Positions 1-9,105 of a stretch of 64,000 nucleotides of DNA are shown here, one piece after another (position 1 is the first letter of the stretch; every line of letters begins with the position of its first letter). The stretch is from an uncultured Collinsella sp. (lineage in GTDB: Bacteria > Actinomycetota > Coriobacteriia > Coriobacteriales > Coriobacteriaceae). The stretch is taken from positions 23,420 through 87,419 of the forward strand of contig CAUGNZ010000002.1 in assembly GCA_959601045.1 (NCBI GenBank). The letters run 5' to 3'. A program made the position numbers and the translations under genes. The notes under the pieces were generated by a model, which saw only the letters and a list, made by a program, of their open reading frames with translations, was not told where the DNA came from and ran no database searches.

Positions 1-18
1 GGCCATAGATGAAATGAG

Positions 19-999
19 ATGGGACGGTGGCAGATGAACACCCTGATGTTCTTCTATACCCTAGCGATACTCGTGATCTGTATTGTGACGGCAGTGCTTT
101 CGCTTGCCGCCTATGCCTCGTCTCGTCGACGCTTCTTTATCTATGGCAGCGGCGTTTTTATTTGCTATGCCATCGAGATGACCGAGATCTTCTTTTTTGA
201 ATACACGTTGCAAAACCAGAGTTTTCCAGCCAGCGACTATTACTCAATTACCATGCCTGTGTTGCGGACCCTTGTGGCGACCGCTTCACAAGCTTTTATC
301 TGGCTCATTGCCATGGACTTGCTCGACAAACATTCAAAAAAGCAGTTTGTTATTCCCGTCGCAACGTTCTTCCTGAGCGAGCTGCTGATCATTGTCGCTG
401 TCCCCTACGGCCCCATACATCAATGGCTCTACTACACGATGCGTCAGGTATTCCTTGTATTTGTGGGACTGTATATCTTTTGGACGGCGCATAAAAGCAC
501 GCAGGTCGAGCTTAAGGCGCGCGTCAACAATCAACGAAAGCACCTCATTATCGGCGCCATTCTGGTCGGGTGCATCGTTGCCGAGGATTTCTACAACATC
601 CTTGTTGTTCCCATGAACCTGGCACCCTCTTGGCTGCAGCTGTACCTGTCCGAGCGCAACTTTAGCGAGAACATCTTTGCGTGCTACTTTGCGATTCTGC
701 TGATCATCTATGCCTATCACGTGCTTTCGATTCGCATGCAGGAGGCGCCCGAGGAAAAGAACGTCAGCGATCTTGATCGACACATCGAAGAGCAGATGCC
801 CTTCTATCGCAACGCCTACAAGCTCTCCAACCGCGAAACCGAAGTCATGCGTCTGGTTGTGTTGGGCAAATCGAACCAAGAGATCGCTGACGAGCTCTTC
901 CTTGCCGTGGGTACCGTCAAGACCCACATCCACAACATCCTGGTCAAAACCGAGCAGCAAAACCGTACGACCCTGATCCTCCACTTTTGGAAACGATAA
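19..999 (+). CDS. Membrane-anchored LuxR-family transcriptional regulator
   Basis: 326-aa ORF. The N-terminal ~240 aa are successive hydrophobic helices. The C-terminus is a LuxR/FixJ HTH (LSNRETEVMRLVVLGKSNQEIADELFLAVGTVKTHIHNILVK). A hairpin terminator follows. Confidence 0.85.
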   Translation: MGRWQMNTLMFFYTLAILVICIVTAVLSLAAYASSRRRFFIYGSGVFICYAIEMTEIFFFEYTLQNQSFPASDYYSITMPVLRTLVATASQAFIWLIAMDLLDKHSKKQFVIPVATFFLSELLIIVAVPYGPIHQWLYYTMRQVFLVFVGLYIFWTAHKSTQVELKARVNNQRKHLIIGAILVGCIVAEDFYNILVVPMNLAPSWLQLYLSERNFSENIFACYFAILLIIYAYHVLSIRMQEAPEEKNVSDLDRHIEEQMPFYRNAYKLSNRETEVMRLVVLGKSNQEIADELFLAVGTVKTHIHNILVKTEQQNRTTLILHFWKR

Positions 1000-1051
1000 C
1001 CTACCAAAAAGGGACAGGTTTATTTTGGCAGGTTTTATCTGGGCAAATGCC

Positions 1052-1092
1052 AAAACCGCCGCGAGGGAGTTACTTTCCCTCGCGGCGGTTTT
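1052..1092. terminator. Rho-independent-type hairpin after the LuxR gene
   Basis: AAAACCGCCGCGAGGGA / TCCCTCGCGGCGGTTTT perfect stem with A-run and T-run flanks. Confidence 0.7.
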
Positions 1093-1100
1093 CTAGCAGT

Positions 1101-1231
1101 AAAACCAAGTGAGTAGGCTTTTGGCGGGATGCCGAGCACGCCCCAAAACGCCACAGCCCTGACCTGCGGTTTTGTTGAGCGTTTGTCGCAATGTGCTCGG
1201 CAGATCCAAAAAAGTCTACTCACTTAGTTTT
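1101..1231. repeat. TIR-bounded ~130-bp intergenic element, copy A (CCTGCGGTTTTGTT-core family)
   Basis: Terminal inverted repeats AAAACCAAGTGAGTAG (1101-1116) and CTACTCACTTAGTTTT (1216-1231). Internal core GACCTGCGGTTTTGTT at 1161-1176 is shared with copies at 20267-20416 and 30635-30786. Confidence 0.6.
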
Positions 1232-1249
1232 GAGATGCATCAGGCGGGC

Positions 1250-1293
1250 AAAAAACCGCCGCGAAGGGGGCCCGGCTTCCTTCGCGGCGTTTG
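1250..1293 (-). terminator. Hairpin terminator downstream of the ABC permease gene
   Basis: CCGCCGCGAAGG ... CCTTCGCGGCG stem. A T-run follows on the minus strand. Confidence 0.65.
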
Positions 1294-1327
1294 TTCGCTG
1301 TGGTTATGCGACGGTTTTGCCCGTCTG

Positions 1328-3541
1328 TTACTCACTGTAGCGGGTGGCGATGGCAGCTTGTACCATGCCGGCGCTCATGAGGTACGTTACCAGGAAGTAG
1401 CCACCATAGGCCGCCAGGAAAATCGCGCAGGTGAGGCCCACGGTGCCGGCGATGCTCATATCTCCGAATATGCTCACCAGCTCGATGATCACCTTGAGCG
1501 CCACAAAGGAGTGCGCCAGGCCCACTGCCAGCGGGAACAGGAAGAATACCGCTTGCTGCGCCATCGCCGAATGGCGAATCTGGCGGTCGTCACAGCCAAT
1601 CTGTGCCAGCACACGATAGCTGCGGCTGCCGTCGGCCACATTGGAGAGCTGCTGGATCGACAGTATCGCCGCACATGCAACGACCAGCACAAAGCCAATG
1701 TAGATGGCTAGATAGCTAATCATGCCGTTCATCTGCGCCGCCTGCGTATACATCTCGGAACGCGTGATGAAGACTCCCCATCCCCCCGACTCCTTGCCGT
1801 CAACGAGCAGAATGTCGAGCATGGTGTATTTAATGCTCTCGTCTGCCTTGGTCACATCCATCCCCTGCTTGTAGTTAACGAGCAGATTACTGGAATACGG
1901 CTGCAGATTAAGCTGGGACAACAGCTCGTCAGCAACGACGACGGTACCCGGATTACTGCCCATCGCCGAGTTGGCGATGGCAGCCGTATCCTCGTCCGAC
2001 TTGTCGCCAGCGGGCTTGAGCGTATGCCCGCCCAAGGTAAGGGCATGGCCGCCAGCCATATACTTGGTGTACAGGTCGCCAGGCTCACCGCCCATATCAC
2101 ACGTAAGCAAGTACTGGTCCCGGCCAATGCTCACCGGCTCCTCGCCCATCATCTGGCGCAGTTTGTTGTACTGGCTCGCCGGCGTCACAAACAGACCCAT
2201 CGCATCGGCGTTGCTTCCCTCGAGCGCCTTGGGAAGCTTTTCGCCCATGGCCTTGCACATCTCACCCGCCACCACCGAGGGGCCCGAGCCGCCAAGCGGG
2301 TAACTCAGATACGAATCGATCTGCACATGCTCACCGGCAACATCGGCGATATTGACCTTCTTTCCGGTCTCGTCGTTGTTGTCCGCCGACTTGCGCTCGC
2401 CATGCCATGCAGCGTACAAATCGACCGTTGCATCGGCCAGCACCATGCGATCGGCCTCAGACGGATTGACATACTCCTTGTAGTAATCGAGCGTTTCGGG
2501 CGTGTAATAAACATACCTCTGAGACACGTCAACAGGGTTATAGCGCTCCAGGTTTTCGTTCATCACATTGGCAATCGACATACCACACGTCACCGAGGTG
2601 ATGGCCAAAAACAGGATCATCGCGATGACGCCCATCGAAAAGCACACCGTATTGACCTTGGCCGAAAGCTGACGCACGGTAAACATATTGAGGCCGCGCC
2701 AATACACGCTGCGCAGGCTCTGCAGCAGCTTGATAAGCATGCCCGAGAGTCCCCAGAACAGCGCAAAGGTACCCACGGTAACCATAGCGGTCGTAATGCC
2801 AAACTGGCTCATGGCCTCTTGCAGCTTGCTGTCCGTCGCAGTTAGCGGGAACCCATCACGTAGCAGACGGTAATAGGCCACGCCCACAAGCGCCACGCCC
2901 ACGGCAAAGATGGCAATCGCGATCCAGGGGTTGCGTGTCTTGATGCTCTCGTTACGACGCTCGGCACCCATAAGCTCGATGAGTTTGGTACGACGCACGG
3001 CGCGAAGGTTCAGCAGTAGCGTGAGCACAAACATTACGAGCATGCAAGCAAGGGTCAGGTTGAACGCATGCACCGAGAAAAAGAAGTGAAAATCGGCGAT
3101 CTGTGTCTTAAAGAGCGAGGCCGTAAAGAATGTCATGAGCTGGGAGAGTCCCACGCCCAGCACAATGCCGGCGACAAAGGCCACGACCGAAACGATCACG
3201 GTCTCGAGTGCCATGATCGTGGCGACGCGCCCGCGCCCCATGCCGAGCACCTGGTACAGGCCAAACTCCTTCTTGCGGCGTTTCATGATGAAGTTATTGG
3301 CATACACCATCAAAAAGGCCATGACACCGGCCAAAAAGTACGTCAGGTAGCCGAGCATGCTGCCCATAACCTGCGCCAAGCCCTCTTCATCGATGCCGGC
3401 AATGTCGACCTGCATCGAGACGGTGTTAAAGGCATAGAAGACGGTGACGCCCAGGGTGAGCGTCAAAAGGTAGACGAGGTAGTCGCGGCCGGCGCGGCGG
3501 ACGTTGCCCCAAGCGAGTTTACAGAGCATCGGAGCCCTCAC
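1328..3541 (-). CDS. ABC transporter permease, FtsX/BceB-like, with a large extracytoplasmic domain
   Basis: 737-aa ORF with multiple TM helices at both ends and a ~250-aa hydrophilic central domain. Its start overlaps the stop of the upstream ATPase gene by 23 nt. Confidence 0.85.
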   Translation of the reverse strand: MRAPMLCKLAWGNVRRAGRDYLVYLLTLTLGVTVFYAFNTVSMQVDIAGIDEEGLAQVMGSMLGYLTYFLAGVMAFLMVYANNFIMKRRKKEFGLYQVLGMGRGRVATIMALETVIVSVVAFVAGIVLGVGLSQLMTFFTASLFKTQIADFHFFFSVHAFNLTLACMLVMFVLTLLLNLRAVRRTKLIELMGAERRNESIKTRNPWIAIAIFAVGVALVGVAYYRLLRDGFPLTATDSKLQEAMSQFGITTAMVTVGTFALFWGLSGMLIKLLQSLRSVYWRGLNMFTVRQLSAKVNTVCFSMGVIAMILFLAITSVTCGMSIANVMNENLERYNPVDVSQRYVYYTPETLDYYKEYVNPSEADRMVLADATVDLYAAWHGERKSADNNDETGKKVNIADVAGEHVQIDSYLSYPLGGSGPSVVAGEMCKAMGEKLPKALEGSNADAMGLFVTPASQYNKLRQMMGEEPVSIGRDQYLLTCDMGGEPGDLYTKYMAGGHALTLGGHTLKPAGDKSDEDTAAIANSAMGSNPGTVVVADELLSQLNLQPYSSNLLVNYKQGMDVTKADESIKYTMLDILLVDGKESGGWGVFITRSEMYTQAAQMNGMISYLAIYIGFVLVVACAAILSIQQLSNVADGSRSYRVLAQIGCDDRQIRHSAMAQQAVFFLFPLAVGLAHSFVALKVIIELVSIFGDMSIAGTVGLTCAIFLAAYGGYFLVTYLMSAGMVQAAIATRYSE

Positions 3542-4304
3542 CGCCCATCATGGCAACGACCTCCATAATGCGGTCGAAGAACTCTCGGCGGTCGGTGTCG
3601 CCGCGGCGCAGCTCGGTGAAGATCTTGCCGTCGCGGATAAACAGCACGCGGCTCGTGTAGCTGGCGGCAAAGCTATCGTGCGTGACCATGAGCACGGTGG
3701 CGCGCAGGCGGCGGTTAAGGGCCTCCAGGCTCTCGAGCAGCAGGCGAGCGCTCTTGGAATCGAGGGCGCCGGTGGGCTCGTCGGCCATGATCATGGTGGG
3801 GTCGGTGACGAGCGCGCGAGCCGCGGCAACGCGCTGCTGCTGGCCGCCGGACATCTGGTAGGGGTACTTGTCGAGCACCTGACTGATGGACAGGCGCGCG
3901 GCCACATCCTGCACGCGGGTCGAGATCTCTGCCGAGTTTGTGCGGGCGATGGTGAGCGGCAGGGCGATGTTCTCGCGTGCCGTGAGCGTATCGAGCAGGT
4001 TAGAGTCCTGGAAGATAAAGCCGAGCTCCTCGCGGCGGAACTGCGAGAGCTTAGCCTGCTTCATGCGCGTCACGTCCTGGCCGTTGATGCGGATCGTGCC
4101 ACTTGTGGCGCTATCGATGGTCGACACGCAATTGAGCAACGTCGACTTGCCCGAGCCCGAGGCGCCCATGATGCCGACGAATTCGCCGCGGTTGACGGTA
4201 AAGCTAACGTCGTTGAGCGCGCGGGTCACATTGCCCAGCGCGCCATATACCTTTTCGAGATGCGCGACCTCCAGTACCGGGGTCGCCATGTGCGTGGTTT
4301 GCAT
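3519..4304 (-). CDS. ABC transporter ATP-binding protein (MacB/BceA-like)
   Basis: Walker [13 protein letters not shown] signature [15 protein letters not shown], Walker [21 protein letters not shown] 7 nt upstream of the ATG at 4304. Confidence 0.93.
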   Translation of the reverse strand: MQTTHMATPVLEVAHLEKVYGALGNVTRALNDVSFTVNRGEFVGIMGASGSGKSTLLNCVSTIDSATSGTIRINGQDVTRMKQAKLSQFRREELGFIFQDSNLLDTLTARENIALPLTIARTNSAEISTRVQDVAARLSISQVLDKYPYQMSGGQQQRVAAARALVTDPTMIMADEPTGALDSKSARLLLESLEALNRRLRATVLMVTHDSFAASYTSRVLFIRDGKIFTELRRGDTDRREFFDRIMEVVAMMGGEGSDAL

Positions 4305-4452
4305 ACCGAGTCCTTTCTTGCGATTAGTCTACGGCATCTATAGTCGCAAGAAGCCGAGTCGGCTACCATCGATATGGCTTACGCTTGCCTTACCGTTGTG
4401 TAAGGTACGGGTAGCTAGCCTGCCACGCGTTGATGTTGAGAGAGGACTCCTG

Positions 4453-5442
4453 TTGAAGACTGTTCATGTTGCCGCTGGGATCATTCGCAAGGAAGGATCT
4501 GACGAGCTACTGGCCGTGCAGCGCGGCTACGGCGACATGCAGGGACTTTGGGAGTTCCCCGGTGGCAAGCTCATGCGCGGCGAGTCGCCCGAAGACGCTG
4601 TACGCCGCGAACTCATGGAAGAGCTGCAGGTAAAAGTCACCAACCTGCGCGATTTCTATACCGTTGAGTATGACTACCCCGATTTTCATCTCTCCATGGA
4701 GTGCTACTACTGTTCGCTCGCCGATGAATCCGATGAGCCCCAGAAGCATGACCGCCAACTCGATATCCGCTGGATTCCGCGCACCTCGCTTGCCACGGTG
4801 GAATGGATGCCCGCCGACAAAGGGCTCATTGATGCCCTGATTGAGCTAAAGGAAGATCGGCTTGAGGCCAACGGCATCGCTAACGACGCCCAGGCCACCA
4901 CGGCCGACGAGCCTGCTACCAAGCCTAAGTGCAAACCTAAGCGCCGCAGCAAAAAGCGTCCCAAGCCCGGTCTGCTCGACGGTATCGACACCTCGGACCT
5001 TTCCGCCGACGAACGCGAGCTCGTGCGTCGTCGCGCCGCCATCAAAAAGTCCATGAAGGGCAACAAGCGCGCCAACACCAAGCCCGAGCTGCTCGTACGA
5101 CAGCGTCTGCGCGCAGCGGGCCTTACGGGTTATCGCTTGGAATGGAAGGTTCCCGGCAAGCCCGACATCGCCTTCCCCGGCCGCAAGATCGCCATCTTCG
5201 TCAACGGCTGCTTTTGGCACCGCTGCCCCAAGTGCAATCCGAGCCAGCCCAAGCGCAACGTTGAGTTTTGGGAGGCAAAGTTCCGTCGCAACGTCGAGCG
5301 CGACCGCGCTGCCGTGGCAGCACTCACTCAAATGGGCTGGACGCCCATAACCATCTGGGAATGCGAACTCAAAAAAGACCGCATCGACGCCACGATGGAA
5401 AAGGTCATCGAGCGGGTGCGCGCCGCAGAGCCGCAGCGCTAG
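4453..5442 (+). CDS. vsr: Nudix (MutT-like) hydrolase fused to very-short-patch repair endonuclease Vsr
   Basis: N-terminal Nudix box GKLMRGESPEDAVRRELMEELQV, then a K/P-rich linker. The C-terminal Vsr signature is KPELLVRQRLRAAGLTGYRLEWKVPGKPDIAFPGRKIAIFVNGCFWHRCPKC...WECEL. The start is inferred as TTG 4453 after GAGAGAGGA; the ORF-track start at 3886 is antisense to the ABC ATPase gene and was rejected. Confidence 0.8.
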   Translation: MKTVHVAAGIIRKEGSDELLAVQRGYGDMQGLWEFPGGKLMRGESPEDAVRRELMEELQVKVTNLRDFYTVEYDYPDFHLSMECYYCSLADESDEPQKHDRQLDIRWIPRTSLATVEWMPADKGLIDALIELKEDRLEANGIANDAQATTADEPATKPKCKPKRRSKKRPKPGLLDGIDTSDLSADERELVRRRAAIKKSMKGNKRANTKPELLVRQRLRAAGLTGYRLEWKVPGKPDIAFPGRKIAIFVNGCFWHRCPKCNPSQPKRNVEFWEAKFRRNVERDRAAVAALTQMGWTPITIWECELKKDRIDATMEKVIERVRAAEPQR

Positions 5443-5463
5443 CCGCCCGTCCCAATCGTGAGC

Positions 5464-5485
5464 GTGTTTTCCCTAGGGGAATCAC
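5464..5485. repeat. 22-bp palindrome GTGTTTTCCCTAGGGGAATCAC (family shared with 32807-32869)
   Basis: Near-perfect palindrome 22 nt after the Nudix-Vsr stop. The same motif occurs twice at 32.8 kb. Confidence 0.7.
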
Positions 5486-5972
5486 GGTTGGGCGCGTTCA
5501 GATCCTTCATATACGCAACAATTGCGTCACAAACCTTAGAAAGCCCTTAAGCTCAAAACCTTTCAAGAGTGTTATTCGATAGCCTTGACCTGCGGTTTCA
5601 TTGTTATATCAAACCTGGTTAAGCCTTTCTTTAGCGCTTCCTTATCTGCGCTCGCGGCATAATGTAGCCAGCGCACGGGACCTAGCAGCAAACCCCGAGC
5701 GCATCCTTTTGGCGGATATCGAGGAGGCCGCATAAGCATGCATTCTTCCAATGACGCAGCACGGCAGCCATCCCTAAAACATGCAGACCTTTTCTCCTTC
5801 CCCCCGACACAGAGAAACGGTCTCCTCGACTCCCCAACCTCACAGCAAAAACGCTCAACCGATCAAAGCCTCAACCTGCGAGCATCGTTCGAAAAGCTCC
5901 AAACATCCCTAGACAAGGCGTTCCCCGAACAGGCAAGAGCAATCTAAGCCCATTGCGCTTTATACTGATGCC

Positions 5973-6911
5973 ATGCGAAACATGGATCACATAGAATTGC
6001 ACCGCGGAGGACGCGAGGAAGCGTTTCCCGAGACCGCCGAAGACTGGCCCTATATTGCCGAACGCGCAGAATTCGCTCGCTATCCGGGCAATTCCGTCCC
6101 CTGGCACTGGCATTCCGAAGTCGAGCTTTTCTACATGGAGCAGGGAGCGATTGACTATCGAACGCGCGCGGCTCATGAACACGTGCGCTTTGAGGAAGGG
6201 TCCGCCGGCTTTATCAACGGCGGCGTTTTGCACAGCACGCTGCAATCACCCAATTCGGCACCAGCCATTCAAATGTTGCATATCTTTCAGCCGTCGATGC
6301 TCGGCGATCCCGCGGGACGCCTTCAAAAGCGCTATATCAATCCTTTGCTGCAATGTCGAGGCGTCGATGTGCTCAAATGGTCGCCCACCAACCCCGACGA
6401 TATGCCCTTTATCGATTTGCTAAAGAGTTCCTTTAGCCACGACCTTCAACGGCCGCAGAATGAGATGGCGCTTCGAAATAACTTGTCAGAGCTCTGGATT
6501 CAGATTAACGCCAAGGCCGAACCGCTCTTTTCTTCCGACGGCGCCTCTTGGATGACCAGCCGCGACGTACAGTTCAAGGCAATCCTGGACTTTATCCGCG
6601 CAAACTATGCAGCCGCTATAGATGTGCCCCAGATGGCATCTGCAGCCGGCGTAAGCGAAAGAGAGTGCTACCGCATTATCAAAACTTGTGCAGGAACGAC
6701 CCCGGCGGCATATCTACGCGCATACCGCATAAACCGTGTTTGCGAACTTTTGGCACACACCACGCGAACGGTACAGACAGTCGCGCGCCAATGCGGATTT
6801 ATAACAGCAAGCCATCTTGGCCAGGTATTTAAAGAACAAATGGGGTGCACTCCTTCGAGCTATCGAGCAGCGAGGCAGAATCTCGATAGCACCAGGCAGA
6901 AATCCCGCTAA
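5973..6911 (+). CDS. AraC-family transcriptional regulator (cupin N-domain plus HTH)
   Basis: 312 aa. Cupin-like N-terminus (WHWHSEVELFYMEQG). C-terminal AraC double HTH (IDVPQMASAAGVSERECYRIIK ... VQTVARQCGFITASHLGQVFKEQMGCTPSSYR). Confidence 0.85.
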   Translation: MRNMDHIELHRGGREEAFPETAEDWPYIAERAEFARYPGNSVPWHWHSEVELFYMEQGAIDYRTRAAHEHVRFEEGSAGFINGGVLHSTLQSPNSAPAIQMLHIFQPSMLGDPAGRLQKRYINPLLQCRGVDVLKWSPTNPDDMPFIDLLKSSFSHDLQRPQNEMALRNNLSELWIQINAKAEPLFSSDGASWMTSRDVQFKAILDFIRANYAAAIDVPQMASAAGVSERECYRIIKTCAGTTPAAYLRAYRINRVCELLAHTTRTVQTVARQCGFITASHLGQVFKEQMGCTPSSYRAARQNLDSTRQKSR

Positions 6912-6967
6912 CCCTTCTTCTGTCACTGCATCAAACTTGCAGGCAAACAACAGAGAGGAGTAATCAT

Positions 6968-7591
6968 ATGAAGCACTTTGACCATATTGTATTTGACGTT
7001 GATGGGACATTGGCAGATACAGAAGAAAGCGTTCTGTCATCGCTTGTCCAGATTGTCCAAGAAGAGACCAGCAAAACGCTTCCCCGACACGAGCTTGACT
7101 TTGCCCTCGGCATACCCGGCAAGGATGCCCTTGAGAAACTTGGGATCTACTCGCAGGCAACGTTGGATCGCTGGTGCCAAGTTGCCGCCAGCTTTAAAAG
7201 CACCATCAGCGTGTTTCCAGGTTTGCTTGAAGTCATCGCAACACTCGCCGATAGCGGCTGCAAACTTGGCATCGTCTCCTCACGTGCGCGCGACGAATAC
7301 GCAAAAGAAATTGCACCCCTTGGTTTCGATAAGTATTTTGAGCACATCATCCTTGTCGAAGACACAACCGAACATAAACCCGCACCCGCACCCATGCTCG
7401 AATATCTCCGACGTGCGGGCGCGAATCCTGGCAACGTCGTCTACGTTGGCGACACCGTCTACGACGAACAATGCGCAACTTCAGCAGGGGTCAGTTTTGC
7501 CCGAGCAGCATGGGGATCACACCAAGATATCCCAAACGCCACCTACAACCTCAAAACCCCCAACGACCTACTAACCCTAACAACCAAATAA
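6968..7591 (+). CDS. HAD-superfamily hydrolase (phosphatase, PGP/PPase-like)
   Basis: 207 aa. HAD motif I FDVDGTLADTE, motif II IVSS, motif III/IV K...YVGDTVYD. AGAGGAG RBS. Confidence 0.85.
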   Translation: MKHFDHIVFDVDGTLADTEESVLSSLVQIVQEETSKTLPRHELDFALGIPGKDALEKLGIYSQATLDRWCQVAASFKSTISVFPGLLEVIATLADSGCKLGIVSSRARDEYAKEIAPLGFDKYFEHIILVEDTTEHKPAPAPMLEYLRRAGANPGNVVYVGDTVYDEQCATSAGVSFARAAWGSHQDIPNATYNLKTPNDLLTLTTK

Positions 7592-7612
7592 CCCACGCGC
7601 CCCACCCTTTCA

Positions 7613-7880
7613 GCCCTAACGCCACAAGGGCGATTGAACAGGACAGCTTGGGCGGGCCCCCGCACTTAGTTTCCAAAATCATTCCGCAGCGCGAAGGCTT
7701 CTTATTATTTTCCGCCCTAACGCCACAAGGGCGACGACCTCGAGTAAGTCAACCTGGGAGGGACGAGGGCTTAGTTCCCCAATCTTTCCGCAGGGGGCAA
7801 AAGCCTCGCCGCACGAAGTGCGCAGCGAGGCTTTTTGCATGCCCGAGGACGATTGGGGAACTAAGTTCTCGTCCCTTCCC
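7613..7880. repeat. Composite intergenic repeat: two ~100-bp direct units plus a long inverted repeat enclosing a terminator
   Basis: GCCCTAACGCCACAAGGGCGA occurs at 7613-7633 and 7714-7734. Arms GGGAGGGACGAGGGCTTAGTTCCCCAATC (7756-7784) and GATTGGGGAACTAAGTTCTCGTCCCTTCCC (7851-7880) are near-complementary. Confidence 0.7.
7797..7837. terminator. Bidirectional hairpin terminator between the HAD and aldolase genes
   Basis: AAAAGCCTCGC ... GCGAGGCTTTTT. Confidence 0.75.
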
Positions 7881-7912
7881 GGGATATGTAGCGAGTCGGA
7901 GTACCCTTGCTG

Positions 7913-8770
7913 TTACTCTGCTTTGCCCACAGAGTTGAGGTTGGTCATGCGGATCTTAACCAGCTCGGTGATCTCGCGCATGCCCTCCTTGGCCGGCTTT
8001 TTAGGATCGAAGCAGGCGGGGTTCTCGGCCATGTAGGCCATGAAGCCCTTGGTGTAAGCCTGACGCAGCTCGGTGGCGTAGTTAACCTTGCAGATGCCGT
8101 TCTTCACAGCCTCGGCAACCTGTTCATCGGGCACACCGGAGGTGCCGTGCAGAACCAGCGGCACGTCGACGGCGTCGCGGATGGCCTTGACCACGGACTG
8201 CTCGATGTGCGGATCGCTCGTGTACACGCCGTGGCTGGTGCCAACGCCAATAGCGAGGGAGGTGCAGCCAGTGCGCTCGACGAACTCCTTGGCCTCGGCC
8301 GGATCGGTGTAGGGGCTCTCACCCTCAACCGCGGGGCCGTCGTCCTCCTTGCCGCCAACCTTGCCAAGCTCAGCCTCGACGGGCACGCCCATAGCGCGGC
8401 CAGCGTCGGCGACGGACTTGGTCAGGGCAATGTTGTCCTCGAAGGACTCGTGCGAACCGTCGATCATGACGGAGGTGTAGCCCGTGCGGAAAGCCTGCAT
8501 GCAGCGGTCATAGCCATCGCCGTGATCGAGGTGCAGGGCAACGGGCACGGAAGCGCGCTCGGCGGCAGCCTTGACCATGCCGTAGAAGTAGTCCAGACCA
8601 GCGGTCTTGATGGTGCCCGGGGTGGTCTGCATGATGACGGGGGACTTGGTCTCCTCGGCAGCAGCCAGAACGGCCATAACAAACTCGAGGTTCTCGACGT
8701 TGAACGCGCCGACGGCGTAGTGGCCGGCCTGAGCGTCCTTGAGCATCTTTTCGGTGGTAACAAGTGCCAT
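7913..8770 (-). CDS. Class II ketose-bisphosphate aldolase (tagatose-1,6-bisphosphate/fructose-bisphosphate aldolase family, GatY/KbaY-like)
   Basis: MALVTTEKMLKDAQAGHYAVGAFNVENLE...LHLDHG...SVMIDGS...EAELG..GG.ED are class II aldolase hallmarks. The start is set at ATG 8770 after GGGAGAGGAG. Confidence 0.88.
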   Translation of the reverse strand: MALVTTEKMLKDAQAGHYAVGAFNVENLEFVMAVLAAAEETKSPVIMQTTPGTIKTAGLDYFYGMVKAAAERASVPVALHLDHGDGYDRCMQAFRTGYTSVMIDGSHESFEDNIALTKSVADAGRAMGVPVEAELGKVGGKEDDGPAVEGESPYTDPAEAKEFVERTGCTSLAIGVGTSHGVYTSDPHIEQSVVKAIRDAVDVPLVLHGTSGVPDEQVAEAVKNGICKVNYATELRQAYTKGFMAYMAENPACFDPKKPAKEGMREITELVKIRMTNLNSVGKAE

Positions 8771-9105
8771 GAGCGTTTGCTCCTCTCCCTCGCCCGCATC
8801 TGGACATCGGGCGTACGTGTCCGCAAGGCGTTTTACCTTGCGTTTTGCTGCGCTCATTGTATGAAATTCAGCGGGTATGCATGTGCGAGATATTGAGCCC
8901 ATGCAGGTCAATACAGTCGCTTTTGAAAAGTAAACGGAAGGAATTGGAGCTGAGTGGGCGTGTTCGATATTGAATTTTGGGCGTTAAACGTCTTTCTTTT
9001 ATAGAAAAAGTAAGTAATCGAAAGGCGTTTTCTTACTTAAAAAGAAAATGAACGAAAATAGACTCAACACAATTCCCGCAAATATCAGACGATGATGGAG
9101 CGGAT

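Noticed and set aside
3886-4452. N-terminal 189 codons of the ORF-track call 3886-5442
   Set aside because: This part is antisense to the ABC ATPase gene and its RBS, and shows no Nudix or other homology. The Nudix domain begins right after a GAGAGAGGA-TTG start context at 4453.
5738-5947. 69-aa ORF with an upstream GAGGAGG in the Vsr-AraC spacer
   Set aside because: The RBS spacing is long (10 nt). The product is hydrophilic, low in complexity and has no recognisable features. Coding cannot be supported from sequence alone.
7471-7938. 155-aa plus-strand ORF across the HAD-aldolase spacer
   Set aside because: It runs through the direct and inverted repeats and the terminator hairpin. It is Pro/Arg-rich and has no RBS.
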